Assembly (NCBI GenBank): GCA_038065415.1
Contig: JBBTRA010000006.1
Coordinates: forward strand, 15,262 to 79,261
Length of the DNA: 64,000 bases
Direction of reading: 5' to 3'
DNA from: Patescibacteria group bacterium
GTDB taxonomy: Bacteria > Patescibacteriota > Minisyncoccia > Phycocordibacterales > PALSA-1337
Made by a program: the position numbers and the translations under genes. Below the pieces are notes generated by a model, which worked only from the letters and a program-made list of their open reading frames with translations, did no database searches and was not told where the DNA came from. Shown one piece after another: positions 53,768-63,056 of the stretch (position 1 is its first letter; each line of letters opens with the position of its first letter).

Positions 53768-56113
53768 TTATTCGAAGTGACTTTCTTTTGCTGATCGATC
53801 CACAACTTTTTTGAGCAATGGATATTTTCCGAGAGAGGTATCTTCGGCGATAAGCTTCATTGCCTCATTTCTCGCCGCTTCTACCATTTTGAGATTTTTG
53901 AGTGCTTCCATAGCTACATCTGAGACTCCCCATTGGCGTAGACCAGAGAGTTCACCGGCACCGCGCTGGGTGAGGTCGAGTTCGGCCAACTCAAAACCAT
54001 TCTTGGCTGTAGCGAGGGCCGTCAGACGCTCGATTGACTTGGCGGAATTGGTCTCAGTGAATGCATAACAGTAGGCCTGGTGCGCACTTCTCATGACGCG
54101 TCCGCGGAGCTGGTGGAGCTGGGCGAGACCAAACCGCTCAGCACCTTCGATGATGATGACTGTCGCGTTCGGTACATTGACTCCGACTTCAACGACTGAG
54201 GTGGCGCAGAGGATATTGATCTTACCAGATTTGAAGTCGGCCATTGCACGATCTTTTTCGTGAGGCTTCATCTTGCCGTGCAGGATACCGACTTCATATT
54301 CAGGGAATACCGACCGACTGAGACGAGCCGCTTCTTCCTTTACTGACTTGGCGATAACGGCTGCTTCTTTGTCCGGGTCGGGCTCATCGATGCGTGGACA
54401 GATGACATAGAGTTGTCTGCCGTCCGCGAGTTCTCTGCGGATCTTTTCATATGTTTCGCTACGCTTGTCCGGTAGAACGAGCTCGGTGATGATGGGCTTG
54501 CGTCCTGCAGGGCTCTGGTCGAGGATGGTGAGATCAAGGTCGCCATAAATAGTCAGTGCGAGGGTTCGTGGGATGGGTGTAGCGGTCATGGAAAGGAGAT
54601 GGGGAGCAAGTGCATTTCCGTGCTCCATGTTCTTCTGCACAAGTCGTTTGCGTTGGCCGATACCGAAGCGATGCTGTTCGTCGATGATGGCATATGCAAG
54701 CCGCTTGAACTTCACAGACTTCTGGATGAGTGCTTGGGTGCCTATGACTGCCGCGATCGAACCGTCGGCTACCCATTTTAAGAGTTGAGACCGTGATATA
54801 TCGGTCCAACTTTTTGGATTCACCTTGGAAGGGAACACGCGGCATCCGGAGCCTGTGATAAGTGCAATGCGTATCGGCATGTATGAGAAATACTGGATGA
54901 ATGATTCAAAATGCTGGGTGGCTAATATTTCCGTGGGACACATATATGCGATCTGAAGACGCGCGTTCATTACTGCATATGCAGTTGCTGCTGCGACGGC
55001 CGTCTTGCCAGAACCGACGTCTCCTTCGAGGAGTCTGGACATGGGCTGTTCACGTGACATATCGCCGACGATAGTCTCGATGGCTCTTTTCTGTGCATCA
55101 GTGGCCTGGAATGGGAAGCGGCGGATGAATTCATGCACATGTCCCATATCGGTCTCGAGAACGAATGAAGGGTACTGTTCGTAGAGCTTGCGAGCCTGTT
55201 GGCGTCCGAGCTGTATCATGAATATCTCTTGGAATGAGAACCGTTTGCGTGCAGACAAGGCATCATCGTGTTTCTGGGGAGCGTGCATCCAGATACATGC
55301 AGTCTTGATCCCTGGAAGGTTATATTTCTTCAGGATGTCCGCCGGAATGGGATCTTCGAGTGCATCCAAGATGCCTGTCTTGAAGAGCTTCTGTAGAGAA
55401 TGGTACATCCAAAGAGAGCTGATACCTCGGGATTCAGGGTAGACAGGATACAAGGTGTGAGATTCGCCATCAGTTCCGAAGAGTGAGTCGCCGACACCTA
55501 CCGGAAGTTTGTCGATGAGTTCGATTTTTGGGTTAGAGAAGTATAACTTCGCATTATCAGGCTCCACAAAAACAGGCTCTTCACCCACGATAGCCTTTGC
55601 TCGCATGGAGGAAGAGCTCGCAAAGGCTTCTTTTCTCGGCGTTGTGTTCGTGGTGAACGGGATACTATGTCCCAACGCCTCCGAAGAGGGATCAGAACCT
55701 ATTTTTGTTTCGCTTTCAATGCTCCTTACTTCTTTCCCCTTACTCCTCCGCTGACTGACCTTACCCTCGATACGGACGAGGGCGCCCTCGGGGGTCATTT
55801 TTGCGATATAGGGTTGATTGAACCAGATGCACTGGATCGTACCGCTCTCGTCTTCGACGGTTGCTGTGGCCATGGTCATCTTGGTCTTGAAACCCTTGGT
55901 TGCTTTGAGGTGGGTGATTTTGCCGAATATGGCAACCGCATCGCCTTTTTTGAGGGAGCTTATGCTCCGCGCCTCGGCTGTGTCACCATAGCGTACGGGA
56001 AAATGATAGAGGAGGTCTTCTAGGGTGTGTACACCAAGCTTCTTCAGTGCATCCTTCTGGATTGGTGTGATACGGAAATGCTCGGATACAGGTATATCGG
56101 GAGAGATGGGCAT
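53768..56113 (-). CDS. recG: ATP-dependent DNA helicase RecG (with a ~90-aa low-complexity insertion in the N-terminal wedge region)
   Basis: Helicase motifs GDVGSGKT, DEQHRFG and others; N-terminal wedge domain; 781 aa. Confidence 0.9.
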   Translation of the reverse strand: MPISPDIPVSEHFRITPIQKDALKKLGVHTLEDLLYHFPVRYGDTAEARSISSLKKGDAVAIFGKITHLKATKGFKTKMTMATATVEDESGTIQCIWFNQPYIAKMTPEGALVRIEGKVSQRRSKGKEVRSIESETKIGSDPSSEALGHSIPFTTNTTPRKEAFASSSSMRAKAIVGEEPVFVEPDNAKLYFSNPKIELIDKLPVGVGDSLFGTDGESHTLYPVYPESRGISSLWMYHSLQKLFKTGILDALEDPIPADILKKYNLPGIKTACIWMHAPQKHDDALSARKRFSFQEIFMIQLGRQQARKLYEQYPSFVLETDMGHVHEFIRRFPFQATDAQKRAIETIVGDMSREQPMSRLLEGDVGSGKTAVAAATAYAVMNARLQIAYMCPTEILATQHFESFIQYFSYMPIRIALITGSGCRVFPSKVNPKSWTDISRSQLLKWVADGSIAAVIGTQALIQKSVKFKRLAYAIIDEQHRFGIGQRKRLVQKNMEHGNALAPHLLSMTATPIPRTLALTIYGDLDLTILDQSPAGRKPIITELVLPDKRSETYEKIRRELADGRQLYVICPRIDEPDPDKEAAVIAKSVKEEAARLSRSVFPEYEVGILHGKMKPHEKDRAMADFKSGKINILCATSVVEVGVNVPNATVIIIEGAERFGLAQLHQLRGRVMRSAHQAYCYAFTETNSAKSIERLTALATAKNGFELAELDLTQRGAGELSGLRQWGVSDVAMEALKNLKMVEAARNEAMKLIAEDTSLGKYPLLKKVVDRSAKESHFE

Positions 56114-56163
56114 GAGGATAGTTTACCGTTTATGACGAAAAGGGGGAAGTTGCGTACTAACTC

Positions 56164-57006
56164 TTATTTGATTGAGTATGTTTTATTGTGCACCATCAAA
56201 AACCCCTCCTTCACTAAATCCCTCAAATTTTTCTCCAGTTTCACCCGTTCGATCTTTTCTTTTTTGAAATACTCAAAAATATCCTCTGCTTTCATGGGCC
56301 TCTCCAACACCAATCTCAATATCCTCGATCTCAGTTCACGGTTTGAGCCTTTGAAAGGCTTTTGTTTGATATGGTGTGTGCTTCGGCGTGAAGGATTCGA
56401 GGTCTGCTTCTTCAGGTGCGACCCATAGTCCATCAGGGCATAGTACCACTCACGGGGGTTCTTCTTGTTTTTCGTGTGCAGCAGTGATTTTTCTATGAGT
56501 GGCATGAGCTGCGCGTCAGAAACCTTTTTTCGCGATCTTTTGAAAAAGTGCTCGATAAATACCGACCGTATGTTGGTTTCGATGAAAGGATGAGGAATAT
56601 TATATGCAAAAGCGAGTATCGAGCCGGCAGTGTTGGGTCCGATACCTGGAAGTTCACGGAGCTGATCGAACGACCGAGGCAATTCGCCCGAACCTTTTTC
56701 ATTATTCGTAATAGTTTCAGCTATCCTCTTCAAATAGAGTGCTCGCCGATTGTACCCGAGCCCAGACCATTCTTGTAAGACTTCTTTGGTAGGTGCACAC
56801 GCCAGTGTTTGCCAGTCGGGGAAGCGTGCGATGAATGACTCGAATTTCCTTGTGACCCTGTCTACCTGCGTCTGCTGGAGCATGATTTCGGATACTACTA
56901 TGTAATACGGACGGGTATCGGTGCGCCAGGCCATGGTCCGTCGATGTTTGCTCCGATAGTTCCAGATTTTCTGGATGAGCTGCTCAAGCGTACTCATGCT
57001 ATTCAA
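56164..57006 (-). CDS. HhH-GPD superfamily DNA glycosylase (MutY/Nth-like), no obvious Fe-S Cys cluster
   Basis: LPGIGPNTAGSILAFA helix-hairpin-helix, followed by a catalytic Asp region. Confidence 0.65.
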   Translation of the reverse strand: MNSMSTLEQLIQKIWNYRSKHRRTMAWRTDTRPYYIVVSEIMLQQTQVDRVTRKFESFIARFPDWQTLACAPTKEVLQEWSGLGYNRRALYLKRIAETITNNEKGSGELPRSFDQLRELPGIGPNTAGSILAFAYNIPHPFIETNIRSVFIEHFFKRSRKKVSDAQLMPLIEKSLLHTKNKKNPREWYYALMDYGSHLKKQTSNPSRRSTHHIKQKPFKGSNRELRSRILRLVLERPMKAEDIFEYFKKEKIERVKLEKNLRDLVKEGFLMVHNKTYSIK

Positions 57007-57556
57007 ATTTGAGTCGCTCGATACCGAGGGCTATGACTATCGCTCCCGTGGTGATGCCGGCATAGACAGAGATGATTGTTATATAGGAGAGTGTTAGGCC
57101 ACTGAGGAGACCGAGACTGAATGCAGAACACCAAGATACCAGCGAGATTGCTCCACAGGCGAAGGCAAGAGTGCGAGCTTGACGTTCTTTTTTTGAGGTC
57201 AAAAAACCACCCTGTGCCATATGAGGTTGTATCCAGCGTGCTAGAACAAAACCATTTACAGTCAGCACACCGACGATAGTCATTTTGGATAGAAACTTGG
57301 CTGATTCAGAATACCCTGCAGGATTTGATATGAATAGCGCCACGCCACTTACTATGATCACTGCAAGCGCTATCCAGATGATGCGTGAGAGACGCTCGAG
57401 CGTCTTTCGTTCCTGGGTATCTAGTGAACGATCGCGGCCATAGAAACTGAACAACACATCGGATGCAAGGGCTGCTCCCATGCCGACGATGGCACTGATG
57501 GCATGTAAGGCGATGCTATACGGCTTCAGTTCTAGGAAAAATCCGGTTATTTCCAT
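56999..57556 (-). CDS. Polytopic membrane protein
   Basis: 185 aa, about 5 TM helices. Confidence 0.45.
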   Translation of the reverse strand: MEITGFFLELKPYSIALHAISAIVGMGAALASDVLFSFYGRDRSLDTQERKTLERLSRIIWIALAVIIVSGVALFISNPAGYSESAKFLSKMTIVGVLTVNGFVLARWIQPHMAQGGFLTSKKERQARTLAFACGAISLVSWCSAFSLGLLSGLTLSYITIISVYAGITTGAIVIALGIERLKFE

Positions 57557-57578
57557 ATCGTTCTATGGTGGTGGGGTG

Positions 57579-58265
57579 TTAGTTGCTGACCCGGGTTGCT
57601 TTGATGGTGGCAGTCACAGTGAATTCCTCATCAACTCCGGCAACAGACTTGACCTCAGGTATCTTGAGACCAAAATCAGCTCGCTTGAGTTTGAGTGTGG
57701 CGGTACCAGTGAGTGCATCGTCAGCAACCTTCATGACGACTGCAAAAGTTGCAGGTTTGGTCATACCAGCGATGGTAAGGTCGCCAGATACAATGAGATT
57801 GAGAGTCGTGGTTGTCGCTATGGTAGCAGGTACTCCCGTCACCATTTTCGGGGTAAAGGTCATGAACTCATTGCCGTCTTCTTCGGACTTGAGAATGAAA
57901 CGAGCAATCGCACCATCACGCTTCTCGCTGTCAGTCTTGAACGTGCGTGCGTTGACAGCGAGTGGACCAAACATGACGGAATTGCGGGATATGGTGATGA
58001 CGCCTGCGACTTCTGTTGTGGTGCCTATTACGGTCTTTGGATTGCTGTTGAGGATTTCTCCGATGCGGAATTCAACGAGGGATTCGGATTGAGAGATACG
58101 ATAGATTCTCGATGTGGTAGCGGTGCTTGATACGGCTGAGCTGTTTGGAATAGTGGCAGAATCAACACTTTGGCTTGGGGCTGCGGCGGGGCGGGTTGCA
58201 TAAAGGAATATGCCAATAGCAACAAGAATGATGAGGATGATAGTAATGAGTATTTTTTTGATCAT
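57579..58265 (-). CDS. YceI-like family protein (membrane-anchored or secreted)
   Basis: N-terminal TM; KTDSEKRDGAIARFILKSEEDGNEF fits the YceI pattern (T..RD.hl.s.dfFd). Confidence 0.6.
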   Translation of the reverse strand: MIKKILITIILIILVAIGIFLYATRPAAAPSQSVDSATIPNSSAVSSTATTSRIYRISQSESLVEFRIGEILNSNPKTVIGTTTEVAGVITISRNSVMFGPLAVNARTFKTDSEKRDGAIARFILKSEEDGNEFMTFTPKMVTGVPATIATTTTLNLIVSGDLTIAGMTKPATFAVVMKVADDALTGTATLKLKRADFGLKIPEVKSVAGVDEEFTVTATIKATRVSN

Positions 58266-58286
58266 ATATGGTATTTTAGCACATCC

Positions 58287-59108
58287 TTATTTTGACACTT
58301 TGTTCCTGAATAGGTGAGCGGCTAGGGGTATACAGATCGCTATAATCGCTAGGCACCAGATGAGCGTCGCCCATCCGTGGTTGCCGAGAGGCGTGCCGAC
58401 CATAAGTGCACGCATGGCTTCAATCACATGTGTGACTGGCTGATTTTCGGCGAAGATGCGCAGGTACTTCGGCATGGTCTCAGTGGGCACGAATGCGGCG
58501 CTTGCGAAGGTTAGAGGGAAAACAAGGACGAATCCGAACCACTGCACCGCTTCGACACTCTTGGCGAGGAGTCCTATGACCGCAGAGAGCCAGGAGAAGG
58601 CGAAGGTGAACAGGAGAAGCAAGCCGAGGATCATGAGCCAATCCGTGAAAGAAGCAACGGGTCGGAAGTCGATGAATAGGGCGACAATGATCATGACGAT
58701 AGACGAGAGCACGTTCCTCACCAGGTCAGCGACGACGTGACCCGTGAGGACTGCGGAGCTCAGGATGGGAAGTGATTTGAGGCGATCGATGATGCCTCTC
58801 TGGACGTCAGTGGCTACAGAGAGGGAAGTGGTCGTGGCTCCAAATGCTGCAGTTTGAATAAGAATACCAGCGACGAGGAAGTTCACATATGAGGTTCCTC
58901 CGGTGTCGATCGCCCCACCGAAGACATAGCGGAAGAGCAGCATGAACATGATTGGCTGCATCACGATGGACAGAAGCTGATCCATGTTGCGGAAGATGTG
59001 TCTGAGACTCCTCTGAATCAGTACGAAGGAATCAGAAAATCCAGACACGAAAGCAGAGTGATGCTTGGCGTTCTCTTCTTTGGGTATTGAAAGCAACGTG
59101 TCGTTCAT
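58287..59108 (-). CDS. ABC-2 type transporter permease
   Basis: 273 aa, six TM helices, ABC-2 topology; downstream of an ATPase gene. Confidence 0.75.
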   Translation of the reverse strand: MNDTLLSIPKEENAKHHSAFVSGFSDSFVLIQRSLRHIFRNMDQLLSIVMQPIMFMLLFRYVFGGAIDTGGTSYVNFLVAGILIQTAAFGATTTSLSVATDVQRGIIDRLKSLPILSSAVLTGHVVADLVRNVLSSIVMIIVALFIDFRPVASFTDWLMILGLLLLFTFAFSWLSAVIGLLAKSVEAVQWFGFVLVFPLTFASAAFVPTETMPKYLRIFAENQPVTHVIEAMRALMVGTPLGNHGWATLIWCLAIIAICIPLAAHLFRNKVSK

Positions 59109-59119
59109 ATGCGTGTATG

Positions 59120-60094
59120 TTATGATTTTGCACTCTCAGCCTGCTCAAGTGTCGCGGCGTGACCAGTAAGGCGAAGGAATACGTCATCGAGTGTAGGCTT
59201 TTGTATCGACATTGACTCTATAGCGATGTTTGCGCCGCTTACGGTATCGAGGATTTTCTTGACGTCTTCTACGCCACCCTCGATAGGTATAACGAGTACA
59301 TGGCGGTCGTCTTGTTCGACAATCGAACCGGAACCATTGATCTTGAGGGCCTTGTCAGCATCCTCAGGACGGGAAAATACGAGTTCGAGTCTGTCGCTAC
59401 CGACTTTTGCCTTGAGCTCGTCGGCTGTCCCCTCGACTATCACTCGACCGTGATCAATCACTGCAATCCGGTCGGCAAGCTTGTCCGCTTCTTCGAGATA
59501 TTGGGTGGTGAGAAGGATAGTTGCCCCGTCCTTCATGAGGCGTTCGATAACATTCCACATGGCTATTCTCGAGCGAGGATCGAGACCGGTAGTTGGTTCA
59601 TCGAGGAAAAGTACTGGAGGTGTTGCGACGAGAGAGAGGGCAAGATCGAGCCTCCTCTTCATGCCGCCGGAATATGTCTTGGCAATCCTCTTGCCGGCAT
59701 CGACGAGGTCGAACTGCTCCAAGAGCTTCTTTGCCCTGCGAGTGCTCTCTTCTAGTCCGAGGTGGTAGAGCCTTCCCATCATGATGATGTTCTCTTCGCC
59801 GGTGAGGTATTCATCGATGGCAGCGTATTGCCCTGTGAGACCGATGAGACTGCGTACTTTGCGGGAATCCTTTACCACGTCGAAGCCTTCTACGTATGCG
59901 TTACCTCCAGTAGGTTTGAGGAGGGTAGAGAGGATGCGTACGGTCGTGGTCTTGCCGGCGCCGTTTGGTCCAAGGAGTGCAAGCATCTTGCCCTTGGGCA
60001 CTGTAAGATCGAGTCCCTCAAGGACTTTGAGATCCTTGAAGTTTTTCTTGAGACCTTTCACTTCTATCGAGTTTTTTGTAGAGGTGGTTGCCAT
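59120..60094 (-). CDS. ABC transporter ATP-binding protein (DrrA-like)
   Basis: Walker A GPNGAGKTT, signature YSGGMKRRL, Walker B LFLDEPTTGLD. Confidence 0.85.
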   Translation of the reverse strand: MATTSTKNSIEVKGLKKNFKDLKVLEGLDLTVPKGKMLALLGPNGAGKTTTVRILSTLLKPTGGNAYVEGFDVVKDSRKVRSLIGLTGQYAAIDEYLTGEENIIMMGRLYHLGLEESTRRAKKLLEQFDLVDAGKRIAKTYSGGMKRRLDLALSLVATPPVLFLDEPTTGLDPRSRIAMWNVIERLMKDGATILLTTQYLEEADKLADRIAVIDHGRVIVEGTADELKAKVGSDRLELVFSRPEDADKALKINGSGSIVEQDDRHVLVIPIEGGVEDVKKILDTVSGANIAIESMSIQKPTLDDVFLRLTGHAATLEQAESAKS

Positions 60095-60243
60095 ACTAGT
60101 GTGTGTCTATTTATATCATATCGAGGTGCGACTCGACTATTGTTGAACGTCAAAAATTGTGGTAGAAACATTACCTTTTTGATCGCATACTTCTTGTCTA
60201 TTTGTATATCGCGATTTACGCTGCATATACTTTATTTTTTCTG

Positions 60244-60330
60244 CGGAGACGGTGGGATTCGAACCCACGAGGGAGTTTCCCCCCTAACACCTTAGCACGG
60301 TGCCGCTTTCGACCACTCAGCCACGTCTCC
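60244..60330 (-). tRNA. tRNA-Ser (anticodon GCU), type II with a long variable arm
   Basis: Minus-strand sequence GGAGACGTGGCTGAGTGGTCGAAAGCGGCACCG-TGCTAAG-GTGTT...GTGGGTTCGAATCCCACCGTCTCCG; anticodon loop gtGCTaa; acceptor GGAGACG/CGTCTCC. Confidence 0.85.
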
Positions 60331-60595
60331 GTATATTATATTTTATCTTGAACTCCTCTCTTTTGTAACCCTTCTTACATTCTTTTTCTAGCATTCGAGC
60401 TTCTTTTTCCGATGTGCAAGCCATGGATTCTAGAAGTACAAAAGGTCTTTTTGATCGGATTGAAGGCGTCTGTCCCGAATTGTGTTCGGCAAGCCTTCGC
60501 TGCATATCGTTGGTTTTACCGATATACAAACTTTCGTCTTTTGTACTTTTTAGAATGTACACGTAATGCATAGTTTGGAATTTTAATGTACTCAT
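60317..60595 (-). CDS. GIY-YIG nuclease family protein
   Basis: HYVYILKS...LYIGKTNDMQRRLAEHNSG is a GIY-YIG motif. The 3' end (..NIRRRG*) overlaps the first 14 nt of the tRNA-Ser. Start is ATG 60595 or 60571; the track start 60682 reads through a tRNA fragment and is rejected. Confidence 0.7.
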   Translation of the reverse strand: MSTLKFQTMHYVYILKSTKDESLYIGKTNDMQRRLAEHNSGQTPSIRSKRPFVLLESMACTSEKEARMLEKECKKGYKREEFKIKYNIRRRG

Positions 60596-60644
60596 GCCGC
60601 TTTCGACCCCTGCCTGCCGGCAGGCAGGACTCAGCCACGTCTCC
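60596..60644 (-). repeat. Duplicated tRNA-Ser 5' fragment (nt 1-29) interrupted by a 20-nt perfect palindrome
   Basis: Minus strand reads GGAGACGTGGCTGAGT-[CCTGCCTGCCGGCAGGCAGG]-GGTCGAAAGCGGC, identical to tRNA positions 1-16 and 17-29 with the palindrome inserted between them; abuts the GIY-YIG start codon. Confidence 0.85.
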
Positions 60645-60695
60645 AGTTCCGCCATTCTTGCACAAAACCGTATATTTATCAAAAATCACACTCTG

Positions 60696-60724
60696 TTGCA
60701 TACCATATATATCGGCTGTACAAT
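60696..60724 (+). promoter_or_regulatory. Sigma-70-like promoter TTGCAT-17-TACAAT
   Basis: TTGCAT 60696-60701, 17-nt spacer, TACAAT 60719-60724; ATG at 60751. Confidence 0.55.
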
Positions 60725-60750
60725 GGAGCCATTAATCAGCCAACACGCAT

Positions 60751-61158
60751 TTGCACACATATATGAACCCAGATACCACGCAGAACCCAGCGCCTACACC
60801 AGCACAGGAACCTACTCCTACTCCAGCGCCAGCTCCCGAATCAGTCGCTGCGCTGCCTCCGAAGCACAATACCCTCATGGCAGTACTTGCGTACATTGGT
60901 CCGCTTGTTCTCGTTTCGTACCTTACTGCTAAGGATGATTCATTTGTTAAGTTCCATATCAAGCAAGGACTTGTCCTTCTCGTGATTGAAGTCATCGTCT
61001 GGGTGATCGTTCGCATGATCTGGATGCTCTGGCCGGTTGGGCAGATCGTACATCTTGTAGTATTCATCCTCGCCATCGTCGGTATCGTCAATGTTCTGAA
61101 AGGCAGGGAGAAGGCGCTGCCGTTCGTCGGGTCATTTGCAGCGCACTTTAAGATATAG
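60751..61158 (+). CDS. DUF4870-like membrane protein with a Pro/Thr/Ala-rich N-terminus
   Basis: LAYIGPLVLVSYLTAKDDSFVKFHIKQGLVL pattern and TM helices. Confidence 0.5.
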   Translation: MHTYMNPDTTQNPAPTPAQEPTPTPAPAPESVAALPPKHNTLMAVLAYIGPLVLVSYLTAKDDSFVKFHIKQGLVLLVIEVIVWVIVRMIWMLWPVGQIVHLVVFILAIVGIVNVLKGREKALPFVGSFAAHFKI

Positions 61159-61161
61159 TCC

Positions 61162-62361
61162 GTGAAGACCGTCACCGATACAGCTCGCATCGAAGCCCTC
61201 TTCGCCCGCGCCACGGTGACGGATATCTTGCCGACCAAGGACGCGTTCACCGCGCGCCTCCTTTCTGGTGAGAAGCTCAGGATGTATATCGGTTTTGATC
61301 CTACGTTCACCTCGCTCCATCTCGGTCATGCCAAAAACCTCATGTTTCTGGAAGAGCTCCGTCAGCTCGGCCATGAGGTCATCGTACTTTTCGGTGACTT
61401 CACTGCACAGATCGGAGATCCGAGTGACAAGGCGGCAACGAGAAAGCAGCTCACTACAGAGGATGTGAAGAGAAATGTCGCCGGTTGGGTCAAGCAGGTC
61501 AAACCACTCCTTGATTTTGATGCCGCGGAAAACCCTGCGGTCATCAGATACAACTCAGAGTGGCTCTCAAAGCTTTCATTCTCTGATGTCGTCAGCCTCG
61601 CTTCAAACTTTACTGTCCAGCAAATGTTGGAGCGTGATATGTTCCAGAAGCGCCTCAAGGAGAACAACCCGATTCATGTTCATGAGTTCATGTATCCACT
61701 TATGCAGGGATATGACAGCGTTGCCATGGATGTGGATGCTGAGCTTTGTGGTACGGATCAGATTTTCAATGCGCTCGCCGGCCGTACACTCATGAAGCGC
61801 CTCAAAGACAAGGAGAAGTTCGTGGTCGCCCTCAATCTCATCGCCAACCCTAAAACGGGTGAACTCATGTCCAAGTCAAATGGTACTGGGGTTTTCATAG
61901 ACCAGTCGCCGAATGAGCTGTTCGGCTCGCTCATGGCTTTGCCGGATCCGATGATAGAGCCTTTGTTCCTCAACTGTACGCGTATTCCTATGGAAGAAAA
62001 AGATGCCCTCATGGCACTCGGTCCACGCCTCGCCAAAGCTCGGGTTGCATCTGATATTGTGAAGCGTTTCCATGGCGAGAAGGCCGCCGTTGATGCTGAA
62101 CAGGCATTCGAGAATACCTTTGCCAAAGGTGGTGTGCCAGAAGATATTCAGGAAGTGAAGTTTGCTTCAGGTGACGTACTTTCAGACGTACTTGTGAAGG
62201 CGGGTATCGTGCCGTCAAAAGCAGAGTGGCGCCGACTGATCGATGGTGGCGGTATCAAGACCGAGGATGATACCAAGATAACTGATCCGCATTTCCTGCC
62301 CAAGGAGACGATGGTGCTCAAGATAGGGAAGCGTAGGTTCGTGAAGATTGTTGTGTCTTAA
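61162..62361 (+). CDS. tyrS: Tyrosine--tRNA ligase
   Basis: Class I HIGH motif (DPTFTSLHLGH), KMSKS-like ELMSKS, C-terminal S4 domain. Confidence 0.85.
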   Translation: MKTVTDTARIEALFARATVTDILPTKDAFTARLLSGEKLRMYIGFDPTFTSLHLGHAKNLMFLEELRQLGHEVIVLFGDFTAQIGDPSDKAATRKQLTTEDVKRNVAGWVKQVKPLLDFDAAENPAVIRYNSEWLSKLSFSDVVSLASNFTVQQMLERDMFQKRLKENNPIHVHEFMYPLMQGYDSVAMDVDAELCGTDQIFNALAGRTLMKRLKDKEKFVVALNLIANPKTGELMSKSNGTGVFIDQSPNELFGSLMALPDPMIEPLFLNCTRIPMEEKDALMALGPRLAKARVASDIVKRFHGEKAAVDAEQAFENTFAKGGVPEDIQEVKFASGDVLSDVLVKAGIVPSKAEWRRLIDGGGIKTEDDTKITDPHFLPKETMVLKIGKRRFVKIVVS

Positions 62362-62365
62362 TCAC

Positions 62366-62794
62366 ATGGTTTATCTTGAGAAGCCAGATACATTTTCACC
62401 CGCATTTGAAGTCGCGAGTTGTTTTTTTGAGCATGATGGGGAGATCCTCTTGTTGCATAGGAATGACGGGCTCGGCGAAAAAGATACGTGGGGAGTCCCT
62501 GCGGGTAAGATAGAGATCGGCGAGGAGGCGGCAGAGGCAATAATCAGGGAAGCCCGGGAAGAGGCCGGCATCATCATCGATTCACCCGATCTGACATTTT
62601 TTAAAAAAGTGTATGTGAAATATCCGGACAAAGACTTTGTGTTTCATATGTTCCACTTTCCTTTGAAGGAAAAGCCAGTCATCACTATCAATGACGAGAG
62701 CAAGGCGTTCACGTGGATGAAGCCGGCCGAAGCATTGAATCTCAATCTGATCCAGGATGAGGATGCCTGCATCAATCTTTTTTATTTCCAGTAG
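62366..62794 (+). CDS. NUDIX hydrolase
   Basis: Nudix box GVPAGKIEIGEEAAEAIIREAREEAGI. Confidence 0.8.
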   Translation: MVYLEKPDTFSPAFEVASCFFEHDGEILLLHRNDGLGEKDTWGVPAGKIEIGEEAAEAIIREAREEAGIIIDSPDLTFFKKVYVKYPDKDFVFHMFHFPLKEKPVITINDESKAFTWMKPAEALNLNLIQDEDACINLFYFQ

Positions 62795-62864
62795 CCTAGG
62801 ATGTGCTTTTGAAATCATGCTAGAATCATAGGAGGAAGATTATACATCTAATAACATCACTCAT

Positions 62865-63026
62865 ATGAACAAAGGCAATTCAACAACCAATGCAATCCTC
62901 GTTATCTTGCTTGTGATCGTGGTGGCATTCGCTGTCTGGTATATGACCATGCGCACAGCCACAGCTCCTGTAGAAGATGGTGCAAATATCGAGCTTAATC
63001 TCGGAGGTAGCAGTGGTCAGGAATAA
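62865..63026 (+). CDS. Possible 53-aa small membrane protein (below track cut-off)
   Basis: ATG 62865, TAA 63024-63026; MNKGNSTTNAILVILLVIVVAFAVWYMTMRTATAPVEDGANIELNLGGSSGQE. Confidence 0.3.
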   Translation: MNKGNSTTNAILVILLVIVVAFAVWYMTMRTATAPVEDGANIELNLGGSSGQE

Positions 63027-63056
63027 AATAAACGAGGTAGGCTTTCTGTGAGCTGG

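Noticed and set aside
60596-60682. 5' extension of the GIY-YIG ORF to 60682
   Set aside because: The extension reads through the duplicated tRNA fragment and its palindrome; the GIY-YIG domain begins at MHYVYIL, so the start is taken as 60595 or 60571.
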